Source: Octopus vulgaris (taxonomy: Eukaryota). From it: 64,000 bases of DNA. The notes beneath the pieces are model-generated. The model saw only the letters and a program-made list of their open reading frames with translations, was not told the origin of the DNA and searched no databases. The stretch spans positions 47,244,001 to 47,308,000 of the forward strand of contig OX597820.1 in assembly GCA_951406725.2 (NCBI GenBank), read 5' to 3'. Of the stretch, positions 38,134-51,500 are shown piece by piece. The translations under genes were made by a program, and so were the position numbers. Numbering within the stretch: the first letter of the stretch is position 1; the number at the start of each line of letters is the position of its first letter.

Positions 38134-41100
38134 TGTATGTGTGTTTGTTCCCCCGCCATCACTTGGTAACCGATGTCGGTGTGTTTGTGTCCCAGTCACT
38201 TAGCGGTTTGGCAAAAGAGACCGATAGAATAAGTACTAGGATTACAAAGAATAAGTCCCCGGGTCAATTTGTTCGACTAAAGGTGGTGCTCCAGCATGGT
38301 CACAGTCAAATGACTGAAACAAGTAAAAGAATACACATACATACGTGTATGTGTGATGCAATATTTGAAACGCACACCCATAGTTACACTGTAGGCAACA
38401 ACAATGACGGTTAATGATAGTATATAACCAAAAAGAACAATAGCTTACTTGATGCCAGGTAGTTTCAAACTTTTCTTTTCAAGTAAACCAAAAGACTGAA
38501 AGAAATAAACAATATAGCAATAATCAATGTGCATGGCAAAATTTAGAGAATTAATTATTTATAAGAAATCAATGATATATAATTATCCAGACTGTTATAA
38601 AGTAACAACAGAAGTAGCTGTCATCATCATTGTCTTTTAACATCCATACCTTATTTTGTGTACAGTGATTCTAATATCGGTAGCAACAAGAGAATTTAAC
38701 CAGATTGTTTCCAGCGCTTTTGGAGTTGGTTATTATGTACCAGTAATGCAATGAGGATAAATTAAATTGGAGTGTTGCTTTGGTTTGAAGTTAAAGATTA
38801 TGGTTAAACAGAAGAATGTAGAATGGCAGAAGCCTGAAGGCAGAAAGACCATGGGATTAAGAAAATAACAACTAAGCCAATCCCATTAGTCTACCCAATC
38901 TAGGAGGGTCTGCGAGGGGCCTGGAAACTGATAGTATTTCTGCCAAATTTGGTGAAAATCCGCTCAGCCGTTTTCCAGCAAATTTGCAAAAACAAAGACG
39001 AACGACAACTACAATACCCTACTTCTTTTGTGTGCAGAGTAATAACAGTGGAATGTCTATGAAGACTGTTAATCTTATGCATGAAAGTATGGGAGGCAAC
39101 TTCACAATACACTGCACTGCTCTTGCCATGGTCGAGACAGGAGAATCAAATATAAATGCATAGTGATAGTGATAAATACAATGGTTCACGGAAATACTCA
39201 TAAATGCTGGTCGCATGAAGAACAATGCTCAGTGTTAAAATATTTGACTCAATGCCATGAGAAACAACTGAGCTGTACCCTAATTTTATAGCCTTTGAAA
39301 ATTCAATCAATATTTGATGAAAAGTTAAATACTTACAGGTGTTTCATACACACTCAGTGCATCAGTTCCAAGCCTGGCAAAATATTCACCTGTCTTATTC
39401 CACCTGAAAGGAAAAATAAGGAGATTGAAGTTCAGTTCACAACAATTAAAGAGGTGAGAGAAATAGACGAGTTGAAAGTAATAATCATTACACTAATTTA
39501 TGTACATCTAAACCCTTCTGTAATACTTCTACTTAGGACAATTAACAAAAGGTCTAAGGGATTTCCAAGAAACAACCTGAAAACTGAGCTATTAACCGAT
39601 ATATATCTAATCCGATGTGACTGTTTCTTCCAAATATGTGTGGTTAGGGAGCTTGCTTCCCAGCTACGTGGTTTCGGGTTCAGTCACACTGCGTGGCACT
39701 TTGGGCAGGTGTCTTCTACTATAGCCCCGAGCCGACTGAAGCTCTGTGATTGAATTCAGTAGGCGGAAATTACTGCCGTGTGTATATGTGTGCGTGTAGG
39801 TGATCAGTGCCTCTCCGAAAGAGATAGAGAGGGAATGAATTCTACCAACAACTTCCAGTTAGGTTTCTGATGAGGATAGATGCAGCTCATAAGAGTAAAT
39901 CCTCTCAAAACTCCTGGCAGGCAGTGTTTAACTATTTAGCATTCAGATTACTCTCTGAAAGCAATGCTTATTTATTCATACTGCTTTGAATTAATCATGC
40001 AATATCTTGTAACTTTGAGATTTTGATGTGACTTTATTGTTAGAATGATATTGTAGAGTAGATGTCAGAGACTAGATCGGGCCAGTTTGAACCTAGAACA
40101 CATAAAACATTTTGGCTGGATAAGATTGGTTTAAAAGCTAAAGGACTAACCACTGACCTACCATGTTAACTGATTATAAATTGTACTCTTACCCTCCAAA
40201 ACGTCTCAAGAATTCAAAAAGTGTCTTATAAAGGTTTAGGCTAATAAAGCAAGTAGTCATTCAAGAAAAGACATGCCAAATTGAGATGCATCTAAGTTGA
40301 TGAACATGGCAATAACCTACCATCTTAGGAGTGAGAAGGGAGTGTGCAGTCTGTGAGTGCAATGCATCGCACAGAACAAATTATTTTTAAAACATTGACA
40401 CCACTGTTAAAGTGTATGTACAGAACAATAAAGTAGGTAAAAATCAAACAATTCCTTGAACAGCAGCTACATTCATTGGCATACACCAGTTCTGTAGGAG
40501 GTATTAATCACAGTCAGACAGACTCTTGTTAACCATATTTCTTCTGAAATACATTGCCTTTGTTTTGGGGGAATTATGTAGAAATTAGTAACTTGCAAGT
40601 TACTTGGTAACCCTGTCAGTGCTGGTGCCATGTAAAAAACATCCAATCCACACTATAAAGTGGTTGGCATTTGGAAAGACATCCAGCTGTAAAAAACCAT
40701 ACCAAAGCATTGTCCACTGTGGGGTGGTTGGTGTTAGGAAGGGCATCCAACCATAAAACCATGCCAAAACAGATACAAAAGTCTGGTGCAGTCTTCTGCC
40801 TGCTCAGTTCCTGTCAAACCATCCGACCTATGCCTGCATGGAAAGCAGATGTTAAACGATGATGATGATGATGAACAGTTATTAACTTGGTATTTGGAAC
40901 ATAAATTTTCAGGAAAGGTTTTAATTTAGATTACTTTGAAGCAAGGTTTTATCACAGAACATTGCGTGGTTTCAGGTAGGTTGGAATGAAATGGGTTAAC
41001 AAATGAGAATAATGGCAATTATGTAGATGAGAAAGAGAGATGATTATTTAAATGCTTGCTTATTCAATGTTGTACAGTATACCATCACTTGTCAGAAGCC

Positions 41101-44100
41101 TGTATTTGTTGCCTACAAGGTCCAAATACACTAACACAACCTACAACTTCTTCCAGGGTCTCTTTATGGTTCAGCTACCATGCATTCTCAGCACAAACAT
41201 TTATAATACTGACCATCATTAATGACCAGCTGTTACCACAAGATACTTTTACTTTTCTCACAGAAGAGATGAACTTACTTAAATACAGGCCAAGTTGATT
41301 GGTTTTCACAGTGGAAGCTTCTCTTCTTATGACCAGCACGGATATCCCAAATAATAATAGCTTGAGGGTCATCTTTAGTCTCCTGTAGAGGACTAAATGA
41401 CACGAGATACCTAAAAATAAAACAAAGAAGATTCATGAAAACAATCCTAATTCAAAAGCAATACAGGTGTATAATTATTGATTACTATAAATCAAAAACA
41501 CTATATTTCTAAAAAGTGTTAAGGTCATACCTTTTCACATCAGGAGGTGAATCTTTTTATCAGAAACTAGTTTCATGTTGTATCTCACTTGCTATGATAT
41601 ATACACAAATATATATATATATACACGCACACACAAATGTCATCTTAGTTCTTTGCCAGCATGGACGAGATGAATATATTATTGTTGAGCTGTTGTTTTA
41701 CAAGTATAAGCCCCTTCTGTCACTAATCCTTACTGGTTTTTCAGATAAGGGACTTCCAGTCAAAATGTCTGCAAAGGAACACTGCTGGTAGATATCACTT
41801 TCCCACGGTGCTACTGAAACCAAGTTGCTGGGAAGTGAACTTCTCAACCACTGTTATGCCAGTGTGTGTGTGTGTGTGCATATACACAGGCAATCGTTTT
41901 GTCCCCTTTACCATGAAAGTATGGATCAGGTAAGTCTTAGTTTCATCACTTGCTGCGGGTAGTTATTTTTGGTACAACTCTTTCAATACAAATACCCTTC
42001 TCAATACAAATAACTTTGCAGTGTTATTTCAATGCATCTCATGCCAGTGACACCAGAGAAGCTCTACGCTCAGTTTTTCTTTGGAGTTACAGACTTCTTA
42101 GATGGAAGACCTCTGCTATGGCTAACAAAATTCTTGACTTTTCCATGTAGTTAGCGTAAAATCCTATTTGTAAAATGCTGTGTCTGTTCAGATTGCCCAA
42201 CTTCCTTGAAAACTCATCTTTGTTATGGCTGTGATTATTGAGGACAGCCCTTATACTCTGAAGCAGACAGGCATAAAGTTCTCTCTGATATGAACCTTAC
42301 AGTGGTAATCTTAGAAGGAAGACTATTACTATGTCTGTCTTCATGATACTGAGCAGATGTGGAGGGGCCATTTAGCTGAGATTTAGGGTCTCTTAATGTC
42401 ATTGGGTAGAATGGGGATATAAGTAATAAGCTATCATTTAACATCCACTTCAAGACAAATACCCTGCTACATGCTGTAGTGCTTCCTCATCTAGTACACC
42501 AGCAATAGAGACAACATATCTATCACTTTGTTTTTATATGTCATTTTGTATTAATGCTGGATATCACTGATCACTTTATAGTATGGACTGGGTAAATTTA
42601 TCTATTCTATGAGCACTAGATAGGTTATCAGCAGCAGACTTACCGTTCACAGGGAGAAAAGTCTATAAGCTGGACATCTGGGTGACTGAACTTCATTATT
42701 TGCTCAAATTTCTCTCCACCCCAAAGAGCAATACCCTTGGAATGAAAAGTAGCAAGGTAAGTTCCCTGTGGGGACCAACGTACGTAAGTTTCTGTCCACC
42801 GCTGTAAGTATACAAAAACAATAGAAAGGAATCACTCGAAACTGTGGCTGGTGCAGTTGTTAGAATCAACATATGTATTAAAATTGAATATGTAAGTAAA
42901 TAATCAAGGGTCAGGAATGTTATGTGAGTTTTTGACAAACTGGTTCTTTCTCAGTAAAGGTCAGAATGAAGGAAAGATGAAGGAAAGATGAATGAAGTAA
43001 TGAAGTGCCACATTTGAAAAAGACATGAACATTGAATGGCAAATGTCTTTGGAATCTTGAGAGAATGGAGATGAAAATTCATTGAATGTGTCACATGTAG
43101 GAAAGGTGGATCACAAGTGAGTTGTCAAAAATGGCTGGGTATTAAAATAAATGAGAGATATGTGCAAGATGATATTTGGAATGATCATGGAGAGTATTTA
43201 TAGAGGAAAAAACAAAAGCAAGGGAATGAGATCAGGCCTCAAGATAGTGGGACTTACAGAAAAGATGTAATAGAATAAAGAGGAATGGCAATATGCTGCT
43301 CTGCAAACTTGTCCAAGCCATGCCAATGTGGGATCAGCAGAACAGTCTTTCTAATGGAAACTTTGAGATGGAGAATAGGGTAAAGCATAATACAAGCTAT
43401 TTTTTTTGAGTGAGTGAGAGAGAGTGAGAGAGAGAGTAACTTACACTTCGTTCTTCAGCTAGATTCGGTTGTCCTCCGGAACCATTGAAGAAAATGGCAG
43501 TTTTGTCTCCAGCATCATAGATTACACTATATTGATCAAAGCTTTCATTGTTCAGCAACCAGGAACGGAGATTACCCTGCAATGACAGGAGAAAACTTAT
43601 TAACCCACATTTAGACAGCACTCTACATTCCCAGTGGAAAGCGGACATTAAACAATGATGATGATGATGATGATATTTCAACACAGAAATCAATGATAAA
43701 ATACATGCATGTAAAGTTGCAAAATCAATCTAATTTCTGCTCAGATCCTCCAGAGTTGAAAGTCATGTTGTATTTCGTATAACTGAAAATCCAAGACTTT
43801 CTTTTACAGAAATAAGACCGAAGACCTTGTAATTTGAACAGGATCACCCAACACAGTCAAAGCAGGTAAGAGTTGATTGTCAAATTGTGTAATTGGAATA
43901 ATACATCACAAGCCAAGATGCAGATTTATATGAAACACTGATTACTGACATCATCATCATTTAATAATCTGTTTTTAATGATGACATGGGTTGGATGGCC
44001 TGACAGACGCTGGCAAGGCCAGGAGCCACACCAGGTTCCATAGCTTGTTTTCCAGTTGGATGTCCTTCCTAATGCCAACCACTTCACAGAGTCTACTAGG

Positions 44101-45458
44101 TGCTTTTTATGTGGCACATTATAAAGAACAGATCTTCTTGAATACAACAGTGCACCATATATCTCGGTTCTTTGCCATGTCAATATGGGTTGAATGGCAA
44201 CTGCTACTAGTATGCATCATCTGGTTTGTTACTTACAATGTGTTTTAAATGGCCACAATAACAACCACAATGCAACTGACTAACAGTTGTTTGTGATTCT
44301 TCAGATACTACATATTTGCAGTGTAAATCTTGCAGCTGCACAAGACTATTTTTAATTGTAAACCTTGCAACAATAGCTAACTGCTTCAATAAGAGGAACA
44401 GTCGAAACGAGACAAATCTTCCTCAAATCACACCCTACCATCTTAACACATTAGATAACATGTGTCTGAATAAAAAACTGGATGGTAATGGTTGGAGCAG
44501 TTTTGGTCAGAAGTGATCTAGAGCTAAACAACTCACTAGCACATCAAATAACCATTCAAAATGCTGGTGAGCCAATGAAGAGGATTCTCCATGGCTACTC
44601 AAACTGTTAGAATCAGCAAAACACTAGTTTTAAAAATGCAAAAACACTGTAATGTAGTCCTTGATATATATATCTAAAGACAAGTTGGTCATGGCTGGAA
44701 TACTTCTGCTTTATCAAAGCTGACCAGAAACTGAACAACAGCAACAATTTTGTATTTAAGAATCGAGAGTTAAATCGGAAGGAGTAAAAATGTGAATAAT
44801 AAAATGATAAATATAATTATAGAAACATGTATAGAACACACAATACATATATGTAACAGTTATATATATAATTGGTCTTACCATGTCTTTATATGGTTTA
44901 GGCTGAGGCGGTTCCCAGTCCTTGGGCATATTTTCATATCTAGAAAAAGAAAACACAAAACAAACTATTAACTGTTTAGAGAAATAATTACAGAAGTGGC
45001 TTACCCTCACTCCTACATAGTCTCCCTAGAAACACAGATGTGGCTATAACCATCACAGAATCTATGCAAAGGCTTTTACTAAAGCACAACAGAGCTTACG
45101 GTAACTTTTACAGCCTCAGTGTGTGTGCGTTGGACTGTACCAGCCGAGAGTGTAAGCAATCACTTGGTACCATCATCATTACAACCCTTCACTGTTCAAA
45201 CTGGCCAAAAATAATCCCCCTTTATTTGTCTGAACCAGCCAAATCTAGCCATATCTGATTATTCTACGAAATCTGAGTGAGTGAGTGAGTGAGTGAGTGA
45301 GGAGTGAGTGAGTGAGTGAGTGAGTGAGGAGTGAGTGAGTGAGGAGTGAGTGAGTAGTGAGTGAGTGAGTGAGTGAGGAGTGAGTGAGTGAGGAGTGAGT
45401 GAGTGAGTGAGTGAGTGAGTGAGTGAGTGAGTGAGAGAGAGAGAGAGGGAGAGGGAGG

Positions 45459-45531
<73 letters not shown>

Positions 45532-48500
45532 TTCCCCAAATTGAATTCTCACTTTGAGATAATGTGAGATAAAGTCTTTCTCGCCTCTATTCAAGTAAAA
45601 AATGCTGTGAAATTTTTGAGACTTTTTTTCCTTTCAATGTTTGAGAAGTGTATATCTTAGTTTTTAATATGGCAGCAAGCAGCAATTCTGAATTTGAAGA
45701 TTTTACTTTCAATGATGTACAAAACAAAAACAAAAGTGATTTGTCTTTGGAGGAAACTGATATTGATATTTATGAATCTTCATCAGACAAGGAAGATTTT
45801 GATAATGAAAGTGATGAAAATGATATTGAAAACATTATGGCAACATGGTTGAAGATTACTACACCAACCACAATTCCTGATTTCACAGTAAAAACTAGTC
45901 CACAACAGTCCAGTGGTTGTACATTGGGAGGTCAGACATTTATTTTTTACTTTTACCAAAAAGTGTTTTGGAAACTGTCGTGGAGGAAACAAATAAATAT
46001 GCTCAATGCATAATTTCTATTCGTGGAAGACCTGATCCACTATGGCAACCAACTGATACTGTGGAAATGCAAGCTTTTTTTTTTTAATCATAAGCATTTA
46101 GTATCAAGCAGCTTCTTCAACTGTGGAGCTATTGGAATCCTGATATAAGGTACGGTGATCCATATACCTCCAGCATTATGTCTAACTATAGTTAATTCAT
46201 ATATTGTTTATGTAAAAAGCCACAAGGTACCTCCACCACCAAAGGACTACAACCATTGGAAATTTCGGGTTGACATCGCATCTCAGTTACATGAGGGCTT
46301 TTCTTCCAGAAAGAACAGAACAATGAGAAAAGCAAAATTACCTGAGGTGGATGTCAACAGAAAAAATATTGACCTCCATAAACTGGAAAAAATAAATGTA
46401 AGGGAAAAAGTTTGCAGACTGTCCACTGCAAAAGGATATCAGGTTGAGATCTCAAATATGAGTTCGTTTTGCAAAATGCCCTTGTGTAAAGGGTGCTTTG
46501 GACAGTTTCACAATAGAAATATAGTCTAACTATATTTTGTTGTTTGATACTAATACTATGATATATTCCTTTCATTTTATTACAAATAATATATGAAAGT
46601 GAGAAATACATAATAATTTTCAGTATGTTACACACCTTGCCCGACGACCTCACGCAACACACCCTTCTATTTGCCGACGATGTCAAACTGGTCGCTCCTC
46701 GCGGTGATATGGAGGATCTTCGTCGATGCCTCCACCAAATTTGGAGGTGGTCTAACGAATGGGACCTGTGTCTGAACGTGTCAAAGTGCTGTCATCTGCC
46801 TGTTGGCTCTTTTCCTGCAACTCAACTTGATTTCGAGCCGGGTCGTCTGCTGCTGGAGAGGACCGATCAGGTAAAGGACCTGGGTATCTTGGTGGATTCC
46901 TCCTTCGGCCCAGTGCGTCCATGCTACCAACAAAACACGCGGAATTCTGTTCTTGATTCGACGGTCATTCGGAATGCTCACAGCAGCCATATTCCTACCG
47001 CTCTATGTCACGCTGGTGACACCCTTATTGGAGTACAGGATTCAAGCCTCTTCTCCTTATCTCCTCAAAGACATACAGCATCTCGAGAGAGTCCAGAAGC
47101 TGGCTACCCGCATGGTTCATGGTCTCAAGAATTTGTCTTATGAAGAAAGGCTGAAGACGCTCGACCTTTATTCTCTAGAAAAACGCCGCCGCCGTGGTGA
47201 TCTCATTCTCGCTCACAACATCATACGCGGAAAGTGTAACCTCTCGAAAGAGCTGTTCGTCACTCCTGCTCCAGAGCGTCAGCTGCGGGGTCATTCCGAA
47301 AAGCTCTATCTGCGACGATTTCAGCTCAATCGAAGGAGAGGGGCTTTCTCCGTCCGGGTTGTGGATCCGTGGAACAAGCTGCCAGACGAGATGGTGAAGA
47401 TGCCGACGACCGCTTTGTTCAAAGTCTCCCTTGACCTCAAGTGGCCTGAACTCTTTACATGAACACCACCCTGTACATAACTCCATGTCCCCCTACATGG
47501 CCTTGCTTTTTGATGAGCCAAAAATTAACTAACTAACTGTATTCACCTTTGTTTCAAAGTTAATGAACTTTGTTTATTAAATGCATTCTGTTATGTAAAT
47601 GTATTCATTAAATTGTATAAGAGTACATAGCCAATGATATATTGATTAGTAAAAGAGTTCTGTACTTATTTTCAGTGAAAATGTTTGAATGAAATATAAA
47701 GAAAGATTAAAATCTTGTACCGATTATATCTGTATTTTAATTAATTTGAATTAATGTACCTCAACTTCAAAAGTGTTAAAGTTGTTGGTAATTGATATCT
47801 GGGATAATTTTAGTAACAAATCAAACAGTTAAGATGCATTAGAAATTTCAATGTTAGTGTTTATTCATAATGTTACTGTTCTTACATCTGTTAATTAAAT
47901 TTACCTGCCCATAAAAGTCAAATTTAATCAGAAAGATCAGCTGAAATTACATAACTATAAACCACTGGCATATAAGCATCCACTGACAAAATTTCAAATC
48001 TGTATGTAAACCTGCATAATTCAAAATAACATGAATAAATATTACAGATTAATTTGAACACTAAAGGGTTAATGTTTATTTATTTTATGCTTGCTTGGGT
48101 GAGATAGGGGTACACTGGAGCAGAGATTTTATGGTTGAATGAAATTCTTGTTGCTTCCACCTGTGTTTCCAAGTGAAGTATTAATATCCCAGCCTAATGA
48201 ACAACACCCTGGAGACACTGCACCAACTGAATGAGCTTTTTGTTTACAAAGATCGTGCAATATATCAAGAAGCCTGGAAATGCTTCAGTGATGGACTGCA
48301 AGTAAAAAACACTGTTTACAAACCAGAGTGTGATGGAAATATGGACACACACTAACCCATTAGCATTCAAATTACTGTCAAATTCAATACTTATTCCATT
48401 CACATTGTTTTGAAGTAATCATGCATTAATGCATTATCTTGTTGGTTTGAGATTCTGAAGATATGATTGCTTATGCTTTGAATGATATTGTCAGATGGGT

Positions 48501-51500
48501 GAGAGAATAGATCTGGCCGCTTTAAATACTTCCTACAGTTTCTATTAGCCAAATTTACTGACAAGGCTCCATAACCCAGGGCTACAGAAGAAAATACTTG
48601 CTTGATATACATCATGGGATTGAACCTGAAACCACACACACACACAAGTGCTGTCACAACTGCAACAGACACAGGCTGTGTGGTTGAGAAGTTAGCTTGG
48701 GCAAATGTCATCTGCTTATAGACAAGGGATGATTGGCATAAAGAAAATGAAAGAAGACTGTCACATGTGTGTGTGTGTGTGTGTTTGCATCTGCAATTCC
48801 TTGTATGACAGTGTGATGAGCGGTAGTGCATTTTGTGCTTCAGAAGCTGAGTGGAATAAACGATCCCTTATCCGAAAAACATATAAGGGTCAGGAAGCAC
48901 ATGCAGCAGGAAAAACAATGCCTAAAATACTTTTGTTCAACTCATGCAAGCATGAAAAACAAATGTAAAGCAACTAACAATTTACACCTGTTTATTTCAA
49001 TAGTTTTTTTTTAATGGCATGTTTGAGCATCTGCACCTATAGAATTCTCCAAGGGGTTTCCAAATGGACGCAGAAGCACACAAGTACCAGATGGTGTGTT
49101 AATCTGTGCAAGGGATAAGGTCTACCTCACCAGAACAGGAACAATTCATCAAAAGGTCTTACAGGTGGTTTCCTTCTAAATTTCATTCACAAGTCTTTGG
49201 TTGACCTAAGGTTATAGTGTGGAAGATGCTTACCCAAGACATTGTGTAGTGAGAATAGAGTCAAGACTAGATAAATGTAAAGCAAACTTTTTAAAAACAC
49301 AACAATGCCTGCAACCTGTATTTATACACAGACACAAAAACATTGATCATGGTAAGAATTAATGAGCTATGAAGAATGTTATATTGTGTAATCAGTCAGA
49401 GTAGTTCTGGTTACAGAAAATCTATAGATTCCTAGACAACTATCCAGTAACATTGTAAAGAAATTAAGGTTTTCTTGTTCACAGAAAGCAGTGTTATCGA
49501 CCATATAGTCAAACACTGATTACCCCATCTCCCACAAATTAACTTTATCCGAGTAAGATACAATAGAAACACTTGTACAGTACCCCTAGTTTGTTCTAGC
49601 AGCAATAGAATAAGACAAGAAACTTACTTGATGAAGTCTGAAAACAGGTTAACTTGCAACATATGCTGCTTGTCCATCTTGTGGTTGTTTGCCAGTTTCA
49701 CAGCCTCAAGTGCATGCTCAGGGCAAGTGTATTCAAGAAACACATAGCTGAAATAAAAAGCGATAAATAATAAGTAAATACACAAAGAAAATGTACAAAA
49801 ATGATGTCACTGCTATAAAACTGCTTCACCAATTACTCTTGCACTCATTAAATCTTTTAGTACCAGCTATCACACTCCCACTACAGTTATTAAATTACAC
49901 AACTCTCCCTCTCTCACTGCTATACCCTGAAGGTTAATTTTCTTAAAAAAAAAAAAAAAAAAAAAAAAGGAGTGATTTCCCATTGCTTTCTGGTGGCTTA
50001 TAAACTGTTTAGCTAATCTCCTGTTCTCTGAAGCTTAGGGCCTATCTAACACTTAGACAAGGGGGAACTGGTTTCAACATAAAACAGGCAAGAAGATTTA
50101 GGCTGGAAATGGCTGGTTTAAATGTTAAAGGGTTATCCTCCAGAATATAAAAACAGGTTTAACCAGTCAAAAGAACACATCAATCAACAGCCATCATAAT
50201 ATAATTGCACACAGTACCAAAGTAACTCTAACCAGTCAATAGTTGTTCTATATATGACTGAAGCATACATGTCCAGGATATAAGGAGATACTGCTAAACA
50301 CAATCACACTATGACATTCTAAGAGGCAGATATGAATTAAAAAAATCTTTATATATAAAAGAGAGGTTGTGTGTCTGTCTCCTATGATTTAGATTCCTAA
50401 CTACTCCCACATTTTGCGGTGCAGTTTAACCAAAACCGGGTATCTTATAGTTGTGATTCATATCGATCCCTTCTGTGTATTAGAGCACGTCTACGATGAG
50501 TCTACGATTTGAAAAAAAAATTTACCATCATTTTTTTCCCATTTTAATGCATTTTTTCGCTATAATATAAGGGAAGTAACTCTCTAAAAATGTCTACGAT
50601 GAGTCAATGATTTAAAAAAAAATTTACCATCATTTTTTTGGCTATAACTCTCTAAAAATGCTTATATAGTTATTTCCCTTACAAACCTGAGCAACGCCGG
50701 GCGATACTGCTAGTATATAATAAAATAAAAAAGTAAATACCAATAGTTGTATAAAACACAGATGGCTTTGTAAAAATTATTGCAACAAATGGCCAAAGAA
50801 TGAATAGAAAGATATGGACATTTTGACAAATTTAGCAGGGTGGAGGCTAGTCTTGGCAGGAAAATTATGAAAGCATTAACGATTACACCACATCATAAAT
50901 TGCTGCTTTATAGACTACAGTGTTATAAGATTAACTGACAAAAGCAAAACAGTTTATATAGCTATAAACAGCAAGACCTGGGTATTTTATCTGTAGAGAA
51001 ATCAAAGACAACTGTGCTGTTTCAACACCTGCAATAAACCAACTATCCAAAAATAACAATGTTAGAGACACAAAGCCTAAAATGTTGGCAGCAACATAAA
51101 CGGATCGTTGGTTTGTTAAGAACTTGCAGCCACACTGTAGCAGTAGGCACTTGTGAAACATTGTTGTTTAGTACCAGGCCATGACCAAAGATATTCATGA
51201 CAATGGCAACTCAGACATAATGTAACTACTATTGAATATCTCCTTCCTTCCTTCCTTTTTTTTTTTTTTTATTATAATAGTAGATTATGATTTGGGTTCT
51301 ATTTCTAGCATGTTAAGGCCACTACATAAAGGCTCACTTTAGCAAATAAATAGTTCATATTTGACCCAAGTAAGTTCCTGATTGAGCAATCAAGACGTTT
51401 TCTAGCTGCAACCACCGTCTTTTCAGCTGCCACAAAATCCCTTTATCCAAGGGCAAATATCAATTTTTGGTCAGACAGCTGATCGTGGCTGTTTGCCAGC

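Larger units (their letters stand above)
45185..48068 (+). mobile_element. Internally deleted piggyBac-like transposon in eIF3b intron 3, antisense to the host gene
   Basis: Left end cccttcactgttcaaa at 45185 and right end tttgaacactaaaggg|TTAA at 48068, with transposase remnants between them. Confidence 0.72.

Noticed and set aside
45669-46529. Domesticated piggyBac exon trap fused to eIF3b (CSB-PGBD3-like)
   Set aside because: The transposase is antisense to eIF3b, frameshifted and lacks the catalytic core
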